This document shows positions 18,946-27,560 of a stretch of DNA of 64,000 nt, piece by piece. Below the pieces are notes generated by a model that ran no database searches, was not told where the DNA came from, and saw only the letters and a program-made list of their open reading frames with translations. Origin of the DNA: an uncultured Acidobacteriota bacterium (GTDB taxonomy: Bacteria; Actinomycetota; Acidimicrobiia; Spongiisociales; ZC4RG35); assembly GCA_963848695.1 (NCBI GenBank), contig CAWKEI010000010.1:160514-224513 (forward strand), written 5' to 3'. The stretch's first letter is position 1; the number at the start of each line of letters is the position of its first letter. Both the position numbers and the translations under genes were made by a program.

Positions 18946-19960
18946 ATGAAAGTCGACTTCTATTACCCACCGAGCCCTCCCGAGGGCGCGACCGAGCGCC
19001 GCGGTCCGAGCCGCCGGGCTCGGATATGACGGCTTCTTCACCGCCGAGACGCAGTACGACCCCTTTCTGCCTCTCGCCCTCGCCTCATCGGCCCAACCAG
19101 GCCTCGATCTGGGCACCGCTATCGCTGTCGCCTTCCCCAGGTCGCCGATGGTCACTGCGATGACAGCATGGGATCTCGCTCGGATGTCCCAAGGACGGTT
19201 CATGCTCGGGCTGGGGACACAGGTGCGGGCGCACATCGTCCGGCGGTTCTCGGCTACGTGGGACCGGCCTGTCCCACGTCTTCGCGAGTACATCCTCGCC
19301 CTGCGGGCGATATGGGGGTCGTTCCAGGATTCCAGCCCGCTCTCATTCGAAGGTGACTACTACCAGTTCTCCTTGATGACGCCGTTCTTCAATCCCGGGC
19401 CGATCCCAAATCCGGGCGTGCCGGTCTACATCGCCGGTGTCGGCCCCTATCTGAGCCGCCTCGCCGGTGAGATGTGTCAGGGGTTCCACGTCCACCCGTT
19501 TCACACGGTGGGATACCTCGATGATGTCGTGCTCCCCGGTATCAGCGCCGGAGCGGGCCCGGCCGGCAGGTCTCTGGACGACGTCGAGTTGGCCACGACA
19601 GTCTTTGTGATGACCGGCGAGAACGATGCCGAGGTCGAGCAAGCCATGGGCGCGGTCCGCCAGCAAATCGCCTTCTACGCATCCACCCCTTCGTATCTGC
19701 CCGTTTTGGAGGCAGAGGGTTGGGACTTCGGTGCCGAGCTGACTGCGATGTCGAAACGAGGTCAATGGGAGGAGATGGCCGGGCTCGTCCCTGACGAGGC
19801 GGTGCTCACGGTCGGTGTTGCCGCCCCCATCGACCAGCTCGCCGATGCGATCCGTGATCGTTACGGCGACAGGGTGCAGCGTCTCGGCTTCTACACCATC
19901 GGCTCCCTGTTCGACACCGACCCGGACGCGCTCCGCGAGGTGATCCAGCGGCTCAAGTGA
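18946..19960 (+). pseudogene. LLM-class (luciferase-like) F420-dependent oxidoreductase, frame broken near 18985
   Basis: ATG 18946 'MKVDFYYPPSPPEGATE..' stops at 19027. The +1 frame has no start codon but reads 'AAVRAAGLGYDGFFTAETQYDPFLPLALAS..LDLGTAIAVAFPRSPMVTAM..', joining ORF 19148..19960. Confidence 0.8.
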
Positions 19961-20141
19961 GCGGAGGGGCCGATCAGGCGGTTTCAGCCGGCAACAGCGC
20001 TCGAGCGCTCAAGCGATATCGGACCACGCGGCGGCAGCCCCGGCCGACCGGCGTCTGTTTGCCTGGGGTCCGCAACCTCCCCCTGGACCTGATCGAAGTG
20101 GTCCCCTGAGCACGGTGGGCTAGTGGTGCCGGGGGAGCCAT

Positions 20142-21789
20142 TCAGGCAAAGTCGGCCGGCAATATCACAGCACTGGTCGTGTCGACCCGAGGGTCGGGGG
20201 CGGTGGAGCGGTGTTCCCCGACGACTCGAATGATGGAGACGGGACCCCAATCGGGCCGGGTCTCGCTCGTCTCTTCGATGACATGGCCCCGTGCCCGTAG
20301 GTCGGCGAGCGTGGCCTGACCGACACCTGGCTCGACCTGGAATCGCGACGGTGGAGAACGGCCCGAACTCTCCTACGGTCCAACGAGGCTCCCTCTGTGC
20401 CACCTCCAGCGACTGGCCCGCCAGCACCGCTCGGGCGCCGACTTGGGCCAGGATCTGGGGCTGAAGCGAGCCTCCTCTCGTTCCGAGCAGCCGACGCGTC
20501 TCCCCGTCCTGTGTCCACAGAGTCGGTGAGAGCGTGTGCAGCGGCCGCTTTCCCGGTTGCAACTCGTTGGGATGCCCGGGAGTGAGCGTGAACCCGCTGC
20601 CCCGGTTTTGGAGCATGAACCCGCTGCGGCCCGCTCCGAACACAGACCCGGTCCCGTGGTAGTTCGACTGGATGATCGAAACGGCCATCCCGTCGGAGTC
20701 GACGATGCACATGTACGCGGTGCTCGATTGCGAGCCCATCCGTGGCCAGGTCCCGGTCTTCGCCCGGTCGACGGTGGCCGCGGCACGAGCAAGGCGCTCC
20801 CGATCGAGGAGGAGATGGGCGGGGAGCGGTGCATGAGCCGGATCGGCCACCAAATCGTTCCTCTCCCATGCCACCGAGCGGAATGCCTCGATCAGGAGAT
20901 GCCACCAAACCGGATCGGCCGGGTCGGAGGGCGGATCCAACATCTCGAACACGGCCAGGGTGGCCGGGCCGAGATAACCCTGGGAGTTGGGAGGCACCGT
21001 CCAGACATCGGTCCCTGACACTCCGCACGAGATCGGGCTGACCCATTCCACATGTGACCGGGCCAGGTCGTCGGGTGTGATGATGCCTCCGAGCTCATCG
21101 ACGATGTCCTCGGCCGGATCCCCGAGGTAGAAAGCGTCGCGTCCGCCGTCGGAGATGGCGCGGAGGGTCGTCGCGAGGGAGGGCCGCTGCACCCGATAGC
21201 CGCGGGCCACCGGCTTCCCCTCGGGGTAGAAGTCCCGAACCGCCTGGTGACCCGCGAGGACCGCGGCCTCCGCGGCGAACGCTTTCGCCTGCTCCGTCGA
21301 AACCTCGAACCCCTCGGTCGCATGGGCCACCGCCTGGGCGAGGCATTCCTTCAGCGAAAGGCTGCCCATCTCGGTGGACAGCGCCGCCCACCCGTCGACG
21401 CAGCCGGGGACCGTCACCGAGAGGGGATGGTCGCGGGGGATGATCCCGAGGCCTAGCTGTGGATCGGCTCTGGCGTTGGAGCCGGCCCGACCCGAGGCGT
21501 TGAGCGCCCGCGGCTCATCCCATCCAGGCCGGTGCACCAGGGCGAACAGATCACCGCCGATCCCGCATGTCTCGGGAGCCACTACGCCCTGTGTCGACGT
21601 GGCTGCGATGGCGGCGTCGACCGCGTTGCCCCCAGCCGCCAGGACCGACCTGGCAGCCTCGGTGGAGAGGTGGTGCGGAGTTGCGACCGCGTGCGTCAGG
21701 GCGTCTTGAGGTCGGGAAGCACCCGATTCAGGGCATCGAGCACCCCTCGGACGACCGCCCTGGACTCCTCGTCCTCCACGTAGGCGCAC
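20142..21789 (-). pseudogene. ggt: gamma-glutamyltransferase family protein, frame broken near 20340; N-terminal start unclear
   Basis: 'GGNAVDAAIAA..GIGGD', 'TAYMCIVD', 'GSGF.L.N'. After '..EPRWTVGEFGPFSTVAI' the ORF turns Arg-rich. Another frame reads 'VEPGVGQATLADLRARGHVIEETSE..DWGPVSIIRV..DPRVDTTSAV' and ends at TGA 20142. Confidence 0.8.
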
Positions 21790-22316
21790 CCGATCAAATG
21801 ACGCTCGCTCGCTTCTGTCACCACCACCACCTGGGCGACTGCCACCCTGCGACTGCCCAAAACCGGGATGTCCATCGACGAGACCGCCAGAGCCGCATCG
21901 GGATGGATCGCCTGTCTGATGGCATCCAGCGTCGCCTCGGCGATCTGGCGGGGCCGCGTAGTCATCGCCGCTGCTCCCTTGGCCGTGCCGGTGAAGACCT
22001 CATTCTGCCAACGCAGTGAGACCGAGACCTCGGCGCGGGAACCATCGAGCACCTCGCTCACATCGACCAATGCGGGGCGGAACCCGGTATCCAGATCGGT
22101 GTCGGACAACTGGACCACCGAAACCACCCTCCGGTCGATTTCCTCGCCGAACAGCGCCTGGCTGAGAGATTGCACGTCGCGCACGACTTGTTTTGGCGGC
22201 TTGTTACGCCGAGCAAGCACATGGATCTCTTCGATATGGCCATTGCCCGCGACGATCCTCGCCGCCTCGACGCCGTCTATGCATGCAATCTTGTCTTGGA
22301 GGGCGATCAAGTCCAT
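21696..22316 (-). CDS. hypothetical protein, two ferredoxin-like/ACT-like halves; function unknown
   Basis: 206-aa ORF with good GC3 bias and no motif I can name. The second half resembles allosteric alpha/beta domains ('VSVSLRW..FTGTAKG'). Confidence 0.6.
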   Translation of the reverse strand: MDLIALQDKIACIDGVEAARIVAGNGHIEEIHVLARRNKPPKQVVRDVQSLSQALFGEEIDRRVVSVVQLSDTDLDTGFRPALVDVSEVLDGSRAEVSVSLRWQNEVFTGTAKGAAAMTTRPRQIAEATLDAIRQAIHPDAALAVSSMDIPVLGSRRVAVAQVVVVTEASERHLIGCAYVEDEESRAVVRGVLDALNRVLPDLKTP

Positions 22317-22333
22317 TAATCCGCAGCGTACCT

Positions 22334-22364
22334 ATAACTGTGGAGGTCTTCAGGCATAACTGTG
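22334..22364. repeat. direct repeat ATAACTGTG x2 (22-nt phase); inverted third copy CAGTTAT at 22421-22427
   Basis: Read directly: ATAACTGTG at 22334-22342 and 22356-22364. Confidence 0.7.
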
Positions 22365-22605
22365 CCCATTTCCTCTTGTTCAAGGTTCGGCGAGGCTCTA
22401 GATTGCGCCTGGCTGGAAGGCAGTTATTGGAAATGTGGGGCGGACGAGGTCCTCGACCCGTCTGCCTGGCCTATGGCGGGCGAAGTCAGGGGCCTTTGAC
22501 ATGTAAAAGGTTCCCCGACACTTTGCCGGGGAAAGCGGTGAGACCGGCGTCAGACGTCGGCCTTTGTAACTGGACGCCCATCGACCTGAAAAAGCGGAGC
22601 GGATC

Positions 22606-22646
22606 GTGAAACACCGGCACACAACGCCGGTGAAATACGGCACACA
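22606..22646. repeat. tandem direct repeat GTGAAA(C/T)AC(C)GGCACACA x2, 24-nt phase
   Basis: Copies at 22606-22623 and 22630-22646. An overlapping hairpin caccggc(22612-22618)/gccggtg(22626-22632) is present. Confidence 0.7.
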
Positions 22647-22779
22647 GGTGAGCGTTACTGGATGAAGGCATTTCTGGCCCGTAATCGCAGATGCGTCGCG
22701 AGCCTGAAGACAGTGCTCGCCGGCGTACGGATCGGCTGATAACCGGCGCCGGCTCACCATCTGACGGTCAAGAAAAAAC

Positions 22780-24192
22780 ATGTCGTCGAGGGGCTCAATG
22801 AGGCTAGGTAGGAATAGAGGGTTGCGGGGATGGTTCGGACGTCTCCGTCCCACGGTGCAGCGCCGGTTGAGGGTCGCTGTGCCCTACTCGCTGATGGGCC
22901 TTGCCGCTCTGGTCGGATCGTTCTTCTACTCCGAAATGCCGGACTGGCGCTATTGGCTCCCATTCGCCGCCCTCTTCGTCCTCCTCGAGTTCTTCGCGGT
23001 CGAGGTCAACGATCGGATGCTGCAGTCCGCATCGGTCATGGTGGCGATGAGCGCGGGGGTCGTCCTCGCATTGCTTCCCGAATCTGACGCAATGTTCGGC
23101 ATGGCACTGATGGGCGCTCTCGCCCTGTTCACCCCGCTCGACTTCAAGGAGAAGCGGTGGTTCCAGCCGCTGGCCAACTTCGGGCAGATAGTCACTGCGT
23201 GTGCGGTCGCCGGCTTCATCATGGACTTCTTTCTGGACGGCTTCGACTCCGACACCGTCGATATCCTGATTCGGGTCCTCATCGTCTCGGCGGCCGCCGC
23301 CCTGGCCTACGCCACCGTGCAGAACCTCCTGGTCCGTTATGCGGTGAAGGTCGTCTTCGGCCGGGACAATCTCGAGCCATGGTCGCAGACGCCGGTCCTG
23401 TTCGCCGGTGAGGTGGCCATGGGCGTGGTCGGTGGTCTGATCGGCGCCGCCTTTCTCATCGTCGACAGCGAGGCGATCATCGTTTTCATCGTCGGTGTCT
23501 ACGCCATCGGCCACATGTGGCTCTACGCCTTCGCCCAACTGCGCGATGCGCACATCAGCTCGATCCGAGGCTTCGTCAAGACGCTCGAGGCCAAGGACAT
23601 GTACACCCGAGGTCACACCGAGCGGGTGGCGTTCTTCGCCCAGATGATCGGCGAGGAGATGGGCTTCACGGGCACCCAGCTCGAGACCGTGCGCTGGGCT
23701 GCGCTGATCCACGACCTGGGCAAGCTGGCGGTCCCCACCGAGCTCATCCGCAAGAGGGGCCGGCTCGACGAAGACGAATACGCCGAGATGAAGGCCCACG
23801 CCCAGCTCGTCGAGGAGATCCTCGCCGAGGTCGACTTCCTCCAGCCCATGGTCGAGATTGCCTCCGGCCATCACAGCAATTTCGATGGGAGCGGATACGG
23901 GGGGAGCGGGCACAGTCAAGGTGAGTCACCCCGGATCGAGGCCTGCATCGTCGCCGCTGCGGACGCCTTCGACGCGATGACGTCGGCCCGCTCCTATCGG
24001 ATGGCCCTCTCCCAGCAATACGCCATATCCGAGCTGAGACGCAACTCGGGCGCCCAGTTCCACCCGGACGTAGTCGACGCCTTCGAGCGGGCGCTGAACA
24101 AGACCGGGCGTCGCTGGGGTGCGCCGCATGTGAACGACGAGGAGATGGCCCGTCGTCTCGCCGAGGAGCCGGAGTTGACCCTCCGTGGCTAG
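22780..24192 (+). CDS. multi-pass membrane HD-GYP domain protein (putative c-di-GMP phosphodiesterase)
   Basis: About 8 TM segments, then 'RGHTERVA..', 'ALIHDLGKLAVP', 'HHSNFDGSGYGG' (HD-GYP signature). Confidence 0.85.
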   Translation: MSSRGSMRLGRNRGLRGWFGRLRPTVQRRLRVAVPYSLMGLAALVGSFFYSEMPDWRYWLPFAALFVLLEFFAVEVNDRMLQSASVMVAMSAGVVLALLPESDAMFGMALMGALALFTPLDFKEKRWFQPLANFGQIVTACAVAGFIMDFFLDGFDSDTVDILIRVLIVSAAAALAYATVQNLLVRYAVKVVFGRDNLEPWSQTPVLFAGEVAMGVVGGLIGAAFLIVDSEAIIVFIVGVYAIGHMWLYAFAQLRDAHISSIRGFVKTLEAKDMYTRGHTERVAFFAQMIGEEMGFTGTQLETVRWAALIHDLGKLAVPTELIRKRGRLDEDEYAEMKAHAQLVEEILAEVDFLQPMVEIASGHHSNFDGSGYGGSGHSQGESPRIEACIVAAADAFDAMTSARSYRMALSQQYAISELRRNSGAQFHPDVVDAFERALNKTGRRWGAPHVNDEEMARRLAEEPELTLRG

Positions 24193-25429
24193 CTGGAGCC
24201 CACGCGCCTTGTCGATCGTCTCCTGGCTCTATGTCGTCGTCATCGCCGGGGTCGGGCTGTACGCGGCCACACTCGCCACCAGCGACCCGATCACGATCCT
24301 GATCGCGGTCACCGCGTTGGTCCTGGGGTCGATGGTCGGGGCGGCCGCGTCCAACTCCGGGAACCGCTTCACGGTGGGCCTGGCGGTGGCTGCCGCCGTC
24401 CCGTTCGTGCTCGGCTCGACCGATCATGTCGATCTGGCCGGTTGCATCGCCGTCTATGGGCTGGGGTTGGCCATAGTCTGGGCACTTCAGTATTCGCGCG
24501 GCGAGAAGCACACCGACCTCCTGCCCACCCTGGTGCGGAGATTCGCCGGGTATGTGGTCTATGCCACCGTTTACTCCACTCTCCGGGTCGGGCCGTTCGC
24601 CGAGCTCAACGGGGATTGGGAGGACTTGCTCCCGTTCGTGGTGGCCCTTGCCGCATGGATCGCGGTCGAAGTGTTCGCCCGGGCCATGCTGGTCGTCGGA
24701 AAGCGCGAGGTCTCGCGGAGCTATCTGGCTCGATCCCTGCTCCACGATCTCAATGTCTTCCTCGGCTTGGCCCTGACCGGTGGCCTGTTCGGTGAGCTCT
24801 GGCCCGAGATCGGATGGTGGGCGCTTCCCATCGCCCTTCTTCCCTATTCCTTCGCCCACCTCGCCTTCAAGCGGTTCCAGGAGACCAAGGTCACCTACAA
24901 GCAGACCATCCGGGCGCTCGCCCGCATCCCCGAGGTCTCCGGGCTCGGCGTCGATGGCCACGCCGACCGGACCACCGAGCTGGCCTCGGCGATCGCCAAG
25001 GAGATCGGGCTGGGCCCGGTCCAGGTGGAGGACGTCGAGTACGCCGGGCTCATGCATGACATCGGCCGGGTCAGCCTCAACGAGCCACAGATCCTGCGCA
25101 TGGGATACGGCGATGACGACATCGCCCGTTGGAGCTCGGAGATCATCGCGGAGTCGCCATATCTGAGCCGGGTGGCCACCCACGTCCGCCACCAGTATGA
25201 GCCCTACCGCAATCCGGGTGAGCAGACCGATCCCGATGTCTCCATCGTCTCGAGGATCATCAAGGTCGCCGCCGCCTACGACTGGCAAGTTCATCTCGAG
25301 GGCCTGTCGCCGCTGCAGGCACTCGAGGTGCTGCACACCGGCGCCGCCTACGACTACGACCCCGAGGTGGTCGCGTCGCTGCGGCGTCTGCTCGAGAGCC
25401 GCGGGGTCCTCACCCCGGTCCGCGTCTGA
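24185..25429 (+). CDS. multi-pass membrane HD-domain protein, degenerate HD-GYP paralog
   Basis: Membrane N-terminus, 'GHADRTTELA', 'GLMHDIGRVSL'. The GYP region reads 'HVRHQYEPYRNPGEQ' with no DGxGYP. 8-nt overlap with the upstream gene. Confidence 0.8.
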   Translation: MASWSPRALSIVSWLYVVVIAGVGLYAATLATSDPITILIAVTALVLGSMVGAAASNSGNRFTVGLAVAAAVPFVLGSTDHVDLAGCIAVYGLGLAIVWALQYSRGEKHTDLLPTLVRRFAGYVVYATVYSTLRVGPFAELNGDWEDLLPFVVALAAWIAVEVFARAMLVVGKREVSRSYLARSLLHDLNVFLGLALTGGLFGELWPEIGWWALPIALLPYSFAHLAFKRFQETKVTYKQTIRALARIPEVSGLGVDGHADRTTELASAIAKEIGLGPVQVEDVEYAGLMHDIGRVSLNEPQILRMGYGDDDIARWSSEIIAESPYLSRVATHVRHQYEPYRNPGEQTDPDVSIVSRIIKVAAAYDWQVHLEGLSPLQALEVLHTGAAYDYDPEVVASLRRLLESRGVLTPVRV

Positions 25430-25435
25430 CCGGTT

Positions 25436-26026
25436 CTACGGCTTGCTCGCCGAACCTGGCTGAGCGTGGGCGCCACGCTTGAAGTAGCGGCGCGGCCGGC
25501 GCAGCTCCTGCTCGAGGAAGCGCCCCAGCCCGACGGCGAGGAAGACGTCGCCGAGGCTTATCACCTGTCCGAGCTCCCCGATCCGGAGCGGGATCACGTC
25601 GGCAAGCGCGGTGAGGCGCGAACTCGAATCGAGGATCACGTGCTTGAACGACCCGGTCAGATCGGGCGTGGTGACCGTGAACCCGCTCGCTACCTCCGCC
25701 GCTTCGGCCAGTACCGGCATCCCACCGTTGAGGGCGATGACGGTGAAATTCATCAGTACCCCGAGACCGGCGAGCCACATCCCGGTTCGGGTGCGGTTGA
25801 GGAGGACCAAGGTCATGAGTAAGCCGTACGAGACCAGCACCATGGCAAGACCGAGACCCTCGGCCCAATCCGACTCGGGCAGCCAGATGGTTGCAACCTG
25901 TAACCCGAGGGCAACCAGGAGGAGCCACCAGGCGCGTAGCTCGATGTCGCCCAGATTGGTCAGACGGCCCCCGCGCAGCACCGCCATGGCCAAGGCGATG
26001 AACAGAACGATGGCCAGCCATAGCAT
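25436..26026 (-). CDS. integral membrane protein, DUF5317-like
   Basis: 196 aa with 5-6 TM segments. N-terminal 'MLWLAIVLFIALAMAVLRGGRLTNL' resembles DUF5317 as I recall it. Confidence 0.55.
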   Translation of the reverse strand: MLWLAIVLFIALAMAVLRGGRLTNLGDIELRAWWLLLVALGLQVATIWLPESDWAEGLGLAMVLVSYGLLMTLVLLNRTRTGMWLAGLGVLMNFTVIALNGGMPVLAEAAEVASGFTVTTPDLTGSFKHVILDSSSRLTALADVIPLRIGELGQVISLGDVFLAVGLGRFLEQELRRPRRYFKRGAHAQPGSASKP

Positions 26027-26073
26027 GTCCTTCGACGGTAATACCGGGTGTCAAGTCAGACGAAGGCGGAGGC

Positions 26074-26835
26074 GTGGTCGAATACGAAGTGGTTGAGGGC
26101 AGGGCGACCATCACCATCGCCGATCCCGCCCGCCGTAACCCTTTGTCGATAGCGACGATGGACGGCCTCTTGGCGGCGACGAGACGAGCTGTCGACGACC
26201 CTGAGGTCCGGGTGCTGGTCTATACGGGCGCCGGTGACCAGGCCTTCTCGGCGGGGGGCGACCTTTCCGGCTCCTTCGTGGACGACCCGGTCGGCTTGCA
26301 CCGGGCCAGGGGGGCGCTCGCCGAATTGTTCCGGCTCATGGTTCGAGCGGGGAAGCCGACCGTCGCCCGGGTCAACGGGCACGCCCTCGCCGGTGGCTTC
26401 GGGCTCGCCATCGCGTGTGACGTGACGATATGTGTCGACGACGCCAAATTGGGCACGACCGAGGTCGGGATCGGGCTCTGGCCAATGATGATCTCCGCGC
26501 TCCTCGCACGGGTCATGCCACGCAAGGCTGCCCTCGAGCTGATGCTGACTGGCCGTGTCATCGATCCTCTCGAGGCCCAGCGCCTGGGTGTCGTTTCGCG
26601 CGTCGTGTCCCGCGGCGACTTGGACCGGGTTGTGGACGACATTGTCGAGGCCTTGCAGTCGAAGAGCGCTGCGACCCTGATGATCGGCCGTGACTCGTTC
26701 GCCGGCGTTGCCGACCTGGACTTCGATTCCGCGCTGGACCGGTTGCAGACAGGGCTGACCGCCGTCGCGATGAGTGAGGACGCCGCCGAGGGAATAGCTG
26801 CCTTCATGGAGAAACGGGAGCCGCGATGGAAGTGA
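26074..26835 (+). CDS. enoyl-CoA hydratase/isomerase (crotonase) family protein
   Basis: 'FSAGGDL', 'KPTVARVNGHALAGGFGLAIACD', 'EGIAAFMEKREPRW'. Confidence 0.9.
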   Translation: MVEYEVVEGRATITIADPARRNPLSIATMDGLLAATRRAVDDPEVRVLVYTGAGDQAFSAGGDLSGSFVDDPVGLHRARGALAELFRLMVRAGKPTVARVNGHALAGGFGLAIACDVTICVDDAKLGTTEVGIGLWPMMISALLARVMPRKAALELMLTGRVIDPLEAQRLGVVSRVVSRGDLDRVVDDIVEALQSKSAATLMIGRDSFAGVADLDFDSALDRLQTGLTAVAMSEDAAEGIAAFMEKREPRWK

Positions 26836-27560
26836 TTCCAGCCACCGGGGCGGACACGCGGGCAAAGTCGGCCGGTAACAAAGGCAGGCACGTACAGATC
26901 CTGGGTTGGACCCTCATCTGGAGCGGAGTCTTCATCTTCGGGTACGTCGCCTGGCAGCTCTTCGGCACAGATTTGCTCAACGCCCGGGTCCAGGCGGAGG
27001 CGGCTCCGGTTCTGGAGCAGCAGTTCGATGAGGCCTCTTTGACGCCTGCCGAGGTCGAGGAGGTCGAGGTCGCCGGCGAACCCGCGGAGCACGTCCTCGA
27101 GGCAACCCCCGCCGAAGACAGCGGATTCGCCATGCTGCGCGTCCCTCGGGTCGGGCTGGAGGCCGTGGTGTTCGAGGGGATAGCCAAACCAACCCTGGCC
27201 AAAGGCCCCGGCCATCTGCCGGGGACTCCTCTCCCCGGGCAACCCGGCAACTCGGTGATATCGGGCCACAGAACCACCTACGGGCGGCCGTTTCACGATT
27301 TCGATCTTCTCCAGGCGGGCGACCGCCTCGAGGTCGAGACCGGCATCGGAACGCATGTCTACGAGGTGAGGGATTCGTTCATCGTCGCACCGACCGATGT
27401 CTGGGTGGCCGACAACAAGCCCGGTGCCTGGCTGACCCTCACCACCTGCAATCCCAAGTATTCGGCGAAGGAGCGGCTCATCATCACCGCGGAGCTGGTC
27501 GAGGGCCCCAATCTCGAGTACGTGAGGCTCCTCGACGATCAGGTAGAGGCGCCGGCCTAG
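26826..27560 (+). CDS. class E sortase
   Basis: N-terminal TM, 'ISGHRTTYGRPF', catalytic 'LTLTTCNP'. Confidence 0.85.
   Translation: MEVIPATGADTRAKSAGNKGRHVQILGWTLIWSGVFIFGYVAWQLFGTDLLNARVQAEAAPVLEQQFDEASLTPAEVEEVEVAGEPAEHVLEATPAEDSGFAMLRVPRVGLEAVVFEGIAKPTLAKGPGHLPGTPLPGQPGNSVISGHRTTYGRPFHDFDLLQAGDRLEVETGIGTHVYEVRDSFIVAPTDVWVADNKPGAWLTLTTCNPKYSAKERLIITAELVEGPNLEYVRLLDDQVEAPA

Noticed and set aside
19996-20009. Perfect 14-nt palindrome AGCGCTCGAGCGCT in the 180-nt convergent spacer between the LLM and GGT genes.
   Set aside because: It is a loop-less palindrome with no T-tract, a single occurrence, compatible with chance in GC-rich DNA or a weak convergent terminator.
22317-22779. c-di-GMP (GEMM-I/II) riboswitch upstream of the HD-GYP genes.
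   Set aside because: I looked on both strands for the GEMM-I core (..GGCAAACC..GACGCAAAGCC..). Only a loose 'ccggcaaagtg' on the minus strand was present, which is not enough. The region is kept as an unexplained spacer instead.
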